DNA of 64,000 bases. It comes from Pseudobacteriovorax antillogorgiicola (GTDB lineage: Bacteria; Bdellovibrionota_B; Oligoflexia; Oligoflexales; RGVZ01). Below, piece by piece: positions 20,501-27,787 of this stretch (within the stretch, counting starts at the first letter, position 1; the number at the start of each line of letters is the position of its first letter). The stretch is from the NCBI GenBank assembly GCA_945865565.1, contig CAMBEK010000002.1, positions 113,644 to 177,643 on the forward strand, given 5' to 3'. The notes beneath the pieces are model-generated. The model saw only the letters and a program-made list of their open reading frames with translations, was not told where the DNA came from and did no database searches. Both the position numbers and the translations under genes were made by a program.

Positions 20501-22726
20501 ATGCTCTGTCATCCAATCGTGGTTGGCGGGGTCCAGAGTAATTTTCTCAAGAAGTTCGGCGTAGGCTTCGCTTGTCGAAGTCCCTTCAACCCAACCAGTG
20601 TTGTTCCAATAGGCTAGCGCTCCCGCCGTGGAAGCGAGGATTTGTTTCCCGCCGGTAACATCCCTTGGGTCGACAAGCCCGAACGTCAGACGGGTGATTG
20701 TGCCAGGGTCGGGAGGATTTTCCCCGGGACTATCGTCTGGACGACAAAGACGTAAATACGCCCTTACAATAAATGGCCGCAATATAGAAAAATCGCTGCG
20801 AAGGGTCAGCTTCTCTAAGACATTTAGCCATAGTCCAATGTTTTTCGGCGAGCTTCGATTATCATCGAACGATCTCCCGAGAAGAGAAAGTGTTCGCGTG
20901 GTGTCGAGTAACTTTTCACTACACTTTCCTGAACCCTGGTCGGCGACGTCGGTCAAGGCTCTTTGGAATATCTGGAGGTTATTCTCGACGGACATAGACT
21001 CAAATTCACTCACGGTTTGGTTCTCTTTTGGGCCGTTCGTAAAAAAAACATCCGCGAGTTCAAACAGGCATTCTATTTCCAATTCTTTATTGCCGATACG
21101 AGCAGCGATGATCGCGATTTCAGATAAGGCCCTCGTGGATGATGGGTCGGATCTTCTTGCCTCATTCAAATATGCAATTGCTGATGCGTCGTCTTTCATC
21201 TCAGATACGCAGATTTGGGACATGGTGATTGCTATGTCTGCCCTGGCTTTGGCGGATTTGATTCGGTTCGGATCATTGATCAGATTTTTTCCGAGGCTCA
21301 TACCAGCAATGAACAGACCTGAGCCAACCATCTGGTTGAAGCATGCAAAGTTCACTTGTTCATCGTCTGACTCGAGGTTTGCGGCGTCCAGTAATAGCTT
21401 TTCCACATCGACATGACTTGCCTGGTCGCAGGAGCGTTCCGCGCCGATTTGGGCGATTCGCACCATGGCACTGGCCAAGTTGTTACGCCTTTTTTCAAGT
21501 CGGAGGATTTCTTGGAGGGCAATTGTTTCCGCGACAATATTTCCATGAGACCTTGCGGCCACGGCTGTTTTTCTCAAGATGCGTAATCGATTTGCCCGCA
21601 TTGAACCGGCACGTTCCCATGCGCTTTTAGCCATTTGGAATGGGTCGATGGGTCCCCCGCTGGCTGGTGGCTGAGATGCCCAGCAGTCTCCAAGTAGTTC
21701 GGAAAGGACGCTTGCGACGATGCTTGATGACTCAAATGATGGCCATATCATATTTACTTTTCTGATCATCGTGGAGATCGCATCAAGCGTCAAACCTTCG
21801 AAGTCAGGGGTCAATTCCCTGTCGAGTTTCAAGCTAACAGGATGTGGTTGGCGTGTAGGTTGTGCGACCCGGTGTGACGATGGCAGAAATCCGGGAGGGC
21901 TCTTATTTTCGTTTAATCCGGAGCGCGTGGACGTCCAAATGAGATTTCCATCTTGATCAAAAAATGGTTTTACATTCGCGAGCAGGCTCCAGTATTCGTC
22001 GGCGTATTCCTCAAGTGCCAGTTGGATTTTGATGTCACTTTCTGGCTCCTTGATCGCGATCAGTTCAGTAATACCAAGAGTCAGTTCGAAGCTGTCCTTC
22101 TCTGGATTAAATTCAGTTTTCCGGTGCGGGCGGGCGACCCCGGAAAGTCCCATCGATCTGCGAATAAATCGGTGAATCAGCGGCCAAACGCCATGCGGCT
22201 GGTAACCCAGTCCAGCGATTTCGCCTATACTGACGTTGAAACCGGCTGGGACTATGGATGGTGTTATCTTTAGTGCAAGAAATCCGTTTTGGAAATTCCG
22301 GTTGTCGAAAAGGTGAGAATACCCCATTGAGGTCTCGCGACTGTTTGGTCTTGTGAATTCCAGGACGAGCCAGGCTCCATCGGGTTGTCCCTGGTTGAAG
22401 TTGTTGTGGAGTTCGGCGCGGGTCCGCGGACCAAAGGTCTCCTTGGCCGCATTCTGAGCCATTTTGGCCCAACGCTGGAGGTCGAGTTTGTAGGTGATCC
22501 GCTCAATTAAGATTTGGGAGCGGCGGTAGATCAGTTCGAGGTGCTCGATTTGGAGTGCTTTATCGGGAGATCTGCTCTGGGCCAGCAGGTGCCAACGTCT
22601 GCTCGTAGAATCAAAAGTAAGTCCTGCAGCTTCGAGCGATCGAGCCCATGCTTCAAACGACCCGGCAATATTATTGCCCCGGCGTTCTTCGGGTGTTTTT
22701 TCCGGTTTTAGGTCCGGTGCTCCCAC
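17597..22726 (-). CDS. Giant hypothetical protein, 1709 aa: novel N-terminal region, long helical-repeat middle, 13-aa acidic tandem repeats, Glu/Lys linker, unknown C-terminal domain
   Basis: Uninterrupted 5.1-kb ORF. GTG start 10 nt after AGGAGA. I could find no catalytic or binding motif by eye. Confidence 0.85.
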   Translation of the reverse strand: MGAPDLKPEKTPEERRGNNIAGSFEAWARSLEAAGLTFDSTSRRWHLLAQSRSPDKALQIEHLELIYRRSQILIERITYKLDLQRWAKMAQNAAKETFGPRTRAELHNNFNQGQPDGAWLVLEFTRPNSRETSMGYSHLFDNRNFQNGFLALKITPSIVPAGFNVSIGEIAGLGYQPHGVWPLIHRFIRRSMGLSGVARPHRKTEFNPEKDSFELTLGITELIAIKEPESDIKIQLALEEYADEYWSLLANVKPFFDQDGNLIWTSTRSGLNENKSPPGFLPSSHRVAQPTRQPHPVSLKLDRELTPDFEGLTLDAISTMIRKVNMIWPSFESSSIVASVLSELLGDCWASQPPASGGPIDPFQMAKSAWERAGSMRANRLRILRKTAVAARSHGNIVAETIALQEILRLEKRRNNLASAMVRIAQIGAERSCDQASHVDVEKLLLDAANLESDDEQVNFACFNQMVGSGLFIAGMSLGKNLINDPNRIKSAKARADIAITMSQICVSEMKDDASAIAYLNEARRSDPSSTRALSEIAIIAARIGNKELEIECLFELADVFFTNGPKENQTVSEFESMSVENNLQIFQRALTDVADQGSGKCSEKLLDTTRTLSLLGRSFDDNRSSPKNIGLWLNVLEKLTLRSDFSILRPFIVRAYLRLCRPDDSPGENPPDPGTITRLTFGLVDPRDVTGGKQILASTAGALAYWNNTGWVEGTSTSEAYAELLEKITLDPANHDWMTEHAQVLFSLSAYWVRVPVIIKALQHNGVRGSDWLRKVVDLTITTHPWQRDPEYNDTDNSKLNELARISFAAIEAALAQNNSARAKEIIFLAISRLEDLIYVFLDSFEADSSPDRKVFLLHALAGATVHALDDGIATSTLNSRIRSMTLAFRPEYRSSQKGTNDPVVKILFESICEDGQSMPLEEPEIEFLLHEASLTPSSGILKCLINQASFHESPVRASELFKVCLDHAILELNDEGLASRIIGAWLTRLQPHRNELIKIPEGAHTSPNTIDQLAAELIQLLDEFDQKSATEIREQLANAGFVTPLDPVPAIAGAYRNGKFDTARNLFRRGLSAASGYEGILALRLYHALDQMDFRAGIKRPDKNTLISLLLDWYSSPEISPVIPVELALLASQHLSDRSQARSIIEKVQARLDVASPEAQSLWIPYYMLLSEVGSKDEVNRYLDKILPGIRTNPALLSNYPFTIESLEAERGFNGFELEKIIPEVTQAGVTSPISETISATPVVDVPTISFELPETVEIPSPSFELPEAVEVPALSFELPETVDVPPLSFEQPEAVEPSITFALDSPNLASSPVQLPVEAENAVKMKKEEKEEDKGEGESEQPKEAPSGNINFFQVVPRAPAQEVKDWRDAVRNRKLTHESTNEILASEMPNKIEKHLALQAVAVMRGESHFLERWDWRVWRKPHEYGYSRHGKNRFPAGISPRIMKTPFFRLLLRAAPLLALSFPERFTLKGLAKSLKMSVRQIEAKRQRLNWTTGIAGHAGFGFHSKLFSERGLSLFALQGLGPEIFYDAATSSIYIDDSFFARKPSTHLYHRIMFLLYSIRTQFYPLLNLDPRTQILSELNKLKAVMDRGPLAVLAAQAKITDSRMAKLMKAQDFEEFKQLFGRAGELTEDDIKDSSKSMQQYVWRLLLADSLDLTGIIEAMLDVDLLLPGSVKPGEILLMSSQVDPLINFALALKLEETSEQS
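18830..18986 (-). repeat. Four tandem copies of a 39-nt in-frame repeat (first copy degenerate) inside the giant ORF
   Basis: Plus-strand unit is TCCACTG(T/C)(T/C)TCCGGCAGCTCAAAGGA followed by 13 variable nt. It encodes P-x-x-SFELPE(T/A)V(E/D)(I/V) repeated (PTISFELPETVEI, PSPSFELPEAVEV, PALSFELPETVDV, PPLSFEQPEAVE). Confidence 0.9.
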
Positions 22727-22931
22727 GGCGTATTGGTCTCCTGTTATTTCCAGGGGCTTTAAGTCGGAATTTTTGGTTCAACTGATCCGTCGCCTAATAA
22801 TCGGCCGTGATTTTAGGAGTTTTAGTCGTTTAATATCTGGTTATACTTGTCGGGGTCTTGCAACAGGGTTCGATGGGCTGAATTTGTTTTGGCTGGGGGC
22901 GGTTTAATCAACTGATATCGGGAGATATTTT

Positions 22932-24257
22932 GTGGGTTTTCTTGGATTTACCAACAAATTGAATCTGATCCAGTCTGTCTTTAACAGGCCCCAAAGATTA
23001 AGTGTGGAGAGGCAAATTAGCCGGGCTTTTGACGAGCGTCGGTCGGGGTTTGGAATCTCCAGACCCCATTCTGAATTACTTCAGCTGGATATTCTTTACG
23101 CGTTGGCACGTCATGCCCGTTGGGTAAAGGTTCCCCTTTTCAGGGATGTTCTCGTTGATTTTCTAGTCACCGAGCACGAAATTCCACGAGCCCTTTCAGG
23201 ATCGCTGGTAAATGATGTTCTGGAATCTTGTGATGCATTGCTGGGCGACGACCCGAATTTTACGGCATCGGAATTATTGCACGGCAAAGTCGACGAAGAA
23301 TTCCTTACATACATCTTTGTCGCAGCAGCCTCGTCAACTCCGGAATCTGGGGTGCGGGAGCAGCTCGGGCTTGGCACAGGCCTTTTACGCTCACTAAAAT
23401 CCGCAGCAGATTCTTTGGCCGCACAAGATCCAAGCTTTAATGGATCGGGTGCGCCAAAGCTTTTTCTGCCTGATGTCGACACTGTATTTGCAAGCATCAT
23501 GATCAAGTTGACAAAGGCCGTGAGGGAGTGCCCGTGGGTGCTGGATGTATACCGCCTGAAGTATATTCTTCTTGAACAGCTGGACCGGCATCGATTTGCG
23601 ATTCTCTCCCCATATGTACCCGAGGTTTATGAGTTCTTGTGTGCAATTGGACGGACAAACCACAAGGCTCTAGGCCAGGAAAGCATGGAGCGGATTTGGG
23701 CTGGGTGTCATGAGAAGCGGGCCGTTTCCATTGATGGCATTGTTCAACTCTTGCAAGCCGCGGGTCTGATTTTTCGCAGTGATATAAAGCGTCGTGGTAA
23801 ACGCCAGGAAACCCACTGGGATTTAACGCCTGCGGCAGAGCAGCTCACTGCTGAAGCGTTTGTGTCGACCAGAAGTCGCCAACCCGGAGTTGGGGAGCTG
23901 CCTGATTGGTTTGATGCGCCAGCAAAGTGGCGTAAAGGGTATCTTCAGCGAGCCATTGCCCAGTCCCCGGGGGCAGTTCTGCAACAAGCCGTCCCAAGGC
24001 TTTCTCCCCGTATCGATGACCCAGTTTTGGCCGAATCCATGATTGCTGCGCTGGTCCGGTCAAATCTGGCAGATGTCGCTGAGGGCATTTTCATTAGCTG
24101 GATTGTTCAGGAGATACCGCCTGCATCTGCGACATCAATTTGCCGTGCCGCTTCATTATTGAATGGCCGGTCAGCCGTCAGATCCCGGCTGCAATTGATT
24201 GCTGAATCACATGAATCTTTGATGGTTCGTGGTGCCGCATTGGAGGCTCTCCTTTGA
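22932..24257 (+). CDS. Hypothetical protein with possible winged-helix segment and C-terminal HEAT-like repeat
   Basis: 441 aa. GTG start 7 nt after GGGAGA. AGLIFRSDIKRRGKRQETHWDLTPAAEQL resembles a wHTH wing. The C-terminus ESHESLMVRGAALEALL is HEAT-like. Both calls are weak. Confidence 0.65.
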   Translation: MGFLGFTNKLNLIQSVFNRPQRLSVERQISRAFDERRSGFGISRPHSELLQLDILYALARHARWVKVPLFRDVLVDFLVTEHEIPRALSGSLVNDVLESCDALLGDDPNFTASELLHGKVDEEFLTYIFVAAASSTPESGVREQLGLGTGLLRSLKSAADSLAAQDPSFNGSGAPKLFLPDVDTVFASIMIKLTKAVRECPWVLDVYRLKYILLEQLDRHRFAILSPYVPEVYEFLCAIGRTNHKALGQESMERIWAGCHEKRAVSIDGIVQLLQAAGLIFRSDIKRRGKRQETHWDLTPAAEQLTAEAFVSTRSRQPGVGELPDWFDAPAKWRKGYLQRAIAQSPGAVLQQAVPRLSPRIDDPVLAESMIAALVRSNLADVAEGIFISWIVQEIPPASATSICRAASLLNGRSAVRSRLQLIAESHESLMVRGAALEALL

Positions 24258-25816
24258 ACGGAAAAAGCGATTCCCTTGAAGATGCCTGCAGGCGTTCCGG
24301 GCTTTCGTTTGCTGATATTCAGAAACATGATTTCCGCATTCGGGAAACTCTCGCCGGGCGAAGTAGCGGTCGTTTCAGAATTGATACTGCATGTCGGCTG
24401 GATAACGCTGGAATTATTGTTACAGAAGCCCCGGTTCATAAATCTCTAAGTAATGAACAATTGGCTGCGGTCGCGTTTGTGCCGGCGGCAGGCGCAGCCA
24501 GCCGGTTTCTTGAGCCACTGAAGGCTTTTTCTGCGGCATTGACGGACGGGAACTTGAAGCAGGCTGCTCAATTTGGCGCAGCTGCAGGATCCCCTGCATT
24601 GCCATTGCCCATTAAGCTTCGTGAATTCATTGAAAACAGTGGTCGTTCTTTTTCACAGGGCGACATTGCCGATCTTCTTGAAATCTTGTCGTGGCCCAAA
24701 GCACTTTTTCCATGTAACGGGCGCGGAGTTTCGTTTTTAGAGGCAAAGGCTCTTGAGCATGCTGCGTACAAAAAGGCCGGAGTTAATTTTTGCGGTGAAG
24801 TCTATGTGGCTCCTATTGGCCGTTCAGGCCATTTTTCAGACAAGTTGACGGCATCAAAAGCTGCATTCCAAGAACAGCTGCCCCATGAAGTTATGGAGCA
24901 GGACGCTTCATTAAGCACACTCAGGTTCCGGCAGGATGGATCGTTTGTTGTTGGGAAAAATGGCATGCCCTCGATGGTTGCAGCAGGACATGGGGCGCTA
25001 ATCAACTTGTTCGGTGGTGTGAAAAAAAAATTCCCACGCGCCGAATATCTGCTGATTCGAAACGTTGATAATGTTTGCGGTACCGGCGTCGAAGCCAGCC
25101 AAGCGGTCGTTCGATTTTCATCGTTTGCGTCTTCAGTGATTCGGTCCGTCCGAAAGGTCAGGGAATCACTGGTTCAGCGCGAGTTTGCGGGGACAGACCT
25201 CGTGGAGGCGATTCAATTTCTGACGTCGTTGCAGTTGGAAAAAAAAGCCATCGAAAGTTCGGATCTTGAATCGATTACAGGAGCGATCAAAGTTTTCAAG
25301 AAAATTCAGGAGTCGGTTTTTCACACAGGGTTTCCACAGGATTTCCATGTGTCTCTACCGATTGATCTGCAAATAGATCACCTCGCTCGCTTGTTTTCGC
25401 GGCCAGTCAATGTTCTTGGTCAGGTACCAAACTCTGGCAATGATATTGGAGGAACTCCGGTTTTCGTGCGAAGGCCAGACGGAATCAAGGAAAAGCTGTG
25501 CATTGAAGTCGTGCATGTGGATGGAGATCAGGTCGAATCTGTCCTGAAGAATCCGTCGGTTGCAACTCACTTCAATCCAGTTTTTGTTGCTTCTGAACTG
25601 GTGGCTGATTTCGTGGGATACAATGTTGAGCACCCCTATTGGTCTTGTGTCCGGAAGCGGTTTGACGGTGCAGATGTCTATTACTACGAGAGTTTTCTTT
25701 ATGAGATATTGGGCAGCAGCTCCCTCTCCAATGCTGTTTTCATTGAGATTCCTAGATTGCTTTTCAATCCTCACAAGACCCTGTCTGACGCTGCATCTGC
25801 TCAGGTTGAGATTTAG
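24254..25816 (+). CDS. DUF4301-like protein (possible nucleotidyltransferase fold)
   Basis: 520 aa. The TTG start overlaps the upstream stop (TTGA). The length and the motif FVPAAGAASRF match my recollection of DUF4301 (FVPASGAATRMF). Not verified. Confidence 0.6.
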   Translation: MNGKSDSLEDACRRSGLSFADIQKHDFRIRETLAGRSSGRFRIDTACRLDNAGIIVTEAPVHKSLSNEQLAAVAFVPAAGAASRFLEPLKAFSAALTDGNLKQAAQFGAAAGSPALPLPIKLREFIENSGRSFSQGDIADLLEILSWPKALFPCNGRGVSFLEAKALEHAAYKKAGVNFCGEVYVAPIGRSGHFSDKLTASKAAFQEQLPHEVMEQDASLSTLRFRQDGSFVVGKNGMPSMVAAGHGALINLFGGVKKKFPRAEYLLIRNVDNVCGTGVEASQAVVRFSSFASSVIRSVRKVRESLVQREFAGTDLVEAIQFLTSLQLEKKAIESSDLESITGAIKVFKKIQESVFHTGFPQDFHVSLPIDLQIDHLARLFSRPVNVLGQVPNSGNDIGGTPVFVRRPDGIKEKLCIEVVHVDGDQVESVLKNPSVATHFNPVFVASELVADFVGYNVEHPYWSCVRKRFDGADVYYYESFLYEILGSSSLSNAVFIEIPRLLFNPHKTLSDAASAQVEI

Positions 25817-25909
25817 GCAAGTTTTGCCGGTTGAGGCCGTATGCAAGGCCAAACTAGAATTAAATCAAGCCAGGCAGTTAACAAATCGTGGACAATCAGG
25901 GGGTCAGCC

Positions 25910-26176
25910 ATGTCTCTCCAGGTATCAAAGCACGCCTTTTCTGAAGCACTGATGGAACTTGGTCACGATCCGAACCAATACGACGGAAAACGCCTGAGTT
26001 TGGCTGGGATGATCGATCTCTATGGCGTCGAAGAGGACCTTGTGATTTCAGCGATTCGGAACAAGGACATCGCAGCCCACTACGATTATCAGAACGATAC
26101 AATCTGGATTGATGCACTTGATGCAGCGCACTTTTATTATTGCTTGTCTTCGGCCAGGGCTTTGCTCGCGGGTTGA
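25910..26176 (+). CDS. Small hypothetical protein (88 aa)
   Basis: ATG 25910 follows AGGGGG by about 8 nt. The 3' end overlaps the tlyA 3' end by 40 nt. No recognisable domain. Confidence 0.4.
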   Translation: MSLQVSKHAFSEALMELGHDPNQYDGKRLSLAGMIDLYGVEEDLVISAIRNKDIAAHYDYQNDTIWIDALDAAHFYYCLSSARALLAG

Positions 26177-26964
26177 GTGATCTTTTGATTGTAGTAAAAG
26201 ATTTCCACATTACCGCTTTTGCCTGGCACGGAAGAGTCGACCCACTTCCCCGCGGGAAATCCAGATGATCTGAACTTCTTGTCGACGATCTCGACGGCAA
26301 GTTGCCTGTGTTTTGGGTCAGTGATCACGCCGCCTTTTGGGATCATGGTCGCATCCAATTCAAACTGGGGCTTTACGAGGATCAGGTAGTGTTGAATGGC
26401 AGGTGCGGCGGCGAGCATTTCTGGCAAAAGTCGCGCAATTGAATTGAAGCTGACATCGGCAAGCATGACGGTTGCACAAAGAAGAAGGTCAGATTTATTG
26501 GAGGCTTTGGCCTCCTCGACCAGGTGCTTGATGTGAGTGGCTTCAAAAAGCGTCACGCGCTGATCCTTGCGCAATTCCCAAGCCATCTGATTATGACCAA
26601 CATCCACCGCCAAAACGTGGACCGCTCCCGCCTTCAGTGCGAAGTCAGTGAAGCCACCCGTCGAGGATCCTACGTCGACGACCGTGGCGCCCTGAAAAAT
26701 GAATTGAAGGCCCAAGGCCGATGTTCCGGCAGCGATCTTATCTCCACCCCGACTGACGTACTGCGACCGCGTCGAGTTTTTCAGGCGAAGTTTCGTCTCC
26801 GGCGTCACAAGTTCAGATGGTTTTATCACCCGTTGGTCGCCCGCTAAAACATCGCCAGCCATGATGAGTGCCTGGGCATCCCCGATGGTGACGGCTAAAC
26901 CAAGGTCCAACATGGCCTGATCCGCTCGTAATTTTCCTTTTTTCGCCTTTATTCCCGCTGGCAT
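26137..26964 (-). CDS. tlyA: TlyA-family rRNA (cytidine-2'-O)-methyltransferase (S4 plus FtsJ domains)
   Basis: YVSRGGDKI and SAM motif VVDVGSSTGGFTDFAL. I prefer the start at MPAGIKAKK (26964). The listed 27072 start adds 36 non-conserved residues. Confidence 0.85.
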   Translation of the reverse strand: MPAGIKAKKGKLRADQAMLDLGLAVTIGDAQALIMAGDVLAGDQRVIKPSELVTPETKLRLKNSTRSQYVSRGGDKIAAGTSALGLQFIFQGATVVDVGSSTGGFTDFALKAGAVHVLAVDVGHNQMAWELRKDQRVTLFEATHIKHLVEEAKASNKSDLLLCATVMLADVSFNSIARLLPEMLAAAPAIQHYLILVKPQFELDATMIPKGGVITDPKHRQLAVEIVDKKFRSSGFPAGKWVDSSVPGKSGNVEIFYYNQKITQPASKALAEDKQ

Positions 26965-27046
26965 GGGTATTTCCCTGAAATTTGTCTTAAAGCGTATCCT
27001 TTTTGGTCCGAAGCACCAAGTAACACTGTTTGGGGGGATTTGTTTC

Positions 27047-27781
27047 ATGGGCAAGGTTAAACCGATCATCATGCTGTCCGTCGACGACAGGTCCGTGACT
27101 TCCGATTTAGATTCCGCTGGTTACAAGAAGATGGGCGTTTTAGTTCGCCCGGCGTCATCTTGGGACGAGGCTGAAAAATTGTTGGCTAAAGATGCGATCG
27201 ATGTGCTCGTTATCAATTTGGATTACCATCGTGTGAATGGAATTCAGATCATCCGGCATATTCGTTCCATGCCTCAGTTTGTCAAACTTCCCGTGGTCGT
27301 TACCAGCGTTCAGTCTGCCGCCCGTATACGCAATGCGGCGATTGATGCAGGGGCCGACTTGTTTGTTGAGCAGCCGTTACCCCGTCAGTTTTTTATCGAG
27401 AAGCTTAAAACCCTTTTGTCGCAAAGCACTCGGGGTACTACTCGGATAGGCACTACCGGCGAGGGAAGGTTTGAGCTCAATGGAAAGATTATCAGCTGCC
27501 CTCTCGCTGATGTTTCAAATGGAGGGGTACTCCTGCAATGCCACGTTGATCTCGCAGTCGGGATGACCCTTAAGGTTGAACTGATCTTACCAGGTGTGAA
27601 GAAGTCCCTTGAGGTCAGTGGTCATGTGGTCCGCAAGGTGAAGGGAGATGCCAAGAGTCCTTCATCCAGCAGTGGTTTTGGCTTCAGGATTGAGAGCTTC
27701 CAGGGGGACGCACGCAAGCGTCTGGAAAAGTTCGTTGCAATGAATGCAGAGACGGATTCTCCGATGCGATATTACCTCTGA
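27047..27781 (+). CDS. Degenerate receiver (REC)-PilZ protein, probable c-di-GMP receptor
   Basis: REC-like N-terminus with the acidic pair (SVDD), but Asn at the CheY Asp57 position (LVINLDY) and Gln at the Lys109 position (VEQPL). The PilZ motifs RGTTR (RxxxR) and DVSNGG (DxSxxG) are intact. Confidence 0.75.
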   Translation: MGKVKPIIMLSVDDRSVTSDLDSAGYKKMGVLVRPASSWDEAEKLLAKDAIDVLVINLDYHRVNGIQIIRHIRSMPQFVKLPVVVTSVQSAARIRNAAIDAGADLFVEQPLPRQFFIEKLKTLLSQSTRGTTRIGTTGEGRFELNGKIISCPLADVSNGGVLLQCHVDLAVGMTLKVELILPGVKKSLEVSGHVVRKVKGDAKSPSSSSGFGFRIESFQGDARKRLEKFVAMNAETDSPMRYYL

Positions 27782-27787
27782 CATTCG

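Noticed and set aside
20940-20970. Walker-A-like ADQGSGKC in the giant protein
   Set aside because: Cys replaces the Ser/Thr, and no Walker B or other P-loop context is present. Coordinates are approximate. Not treated as an NTPase motif.
20628-21416. 262-aa plus-strand ORF
   Set aside because: It is entirely antisense to the giant ORF and is Ser/Arg/Phe-rich, typical of a shadow frame. The same reasoning applies to the other listed ORFs nested in opposite or alternative frames of confident genes, for example 30415..30960, 28200..28670, 31918..32460, 58662..59192 and 56376..56948.
25022-25030. A9 homopolymer in the DUF4301-like gene as a possible phase-variation tract. Other A8/T8-9 runs occur at 25239-25246, 28080-28087, 29977-29984, 43178-43185 and 63248-63256.
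   Set aside because: All are in-frame Lys-Lys-Lys (AAA AAA AAA) codons in intact ORFs of an AAA-preferring genome. Nothing indicates slippage-based switching.
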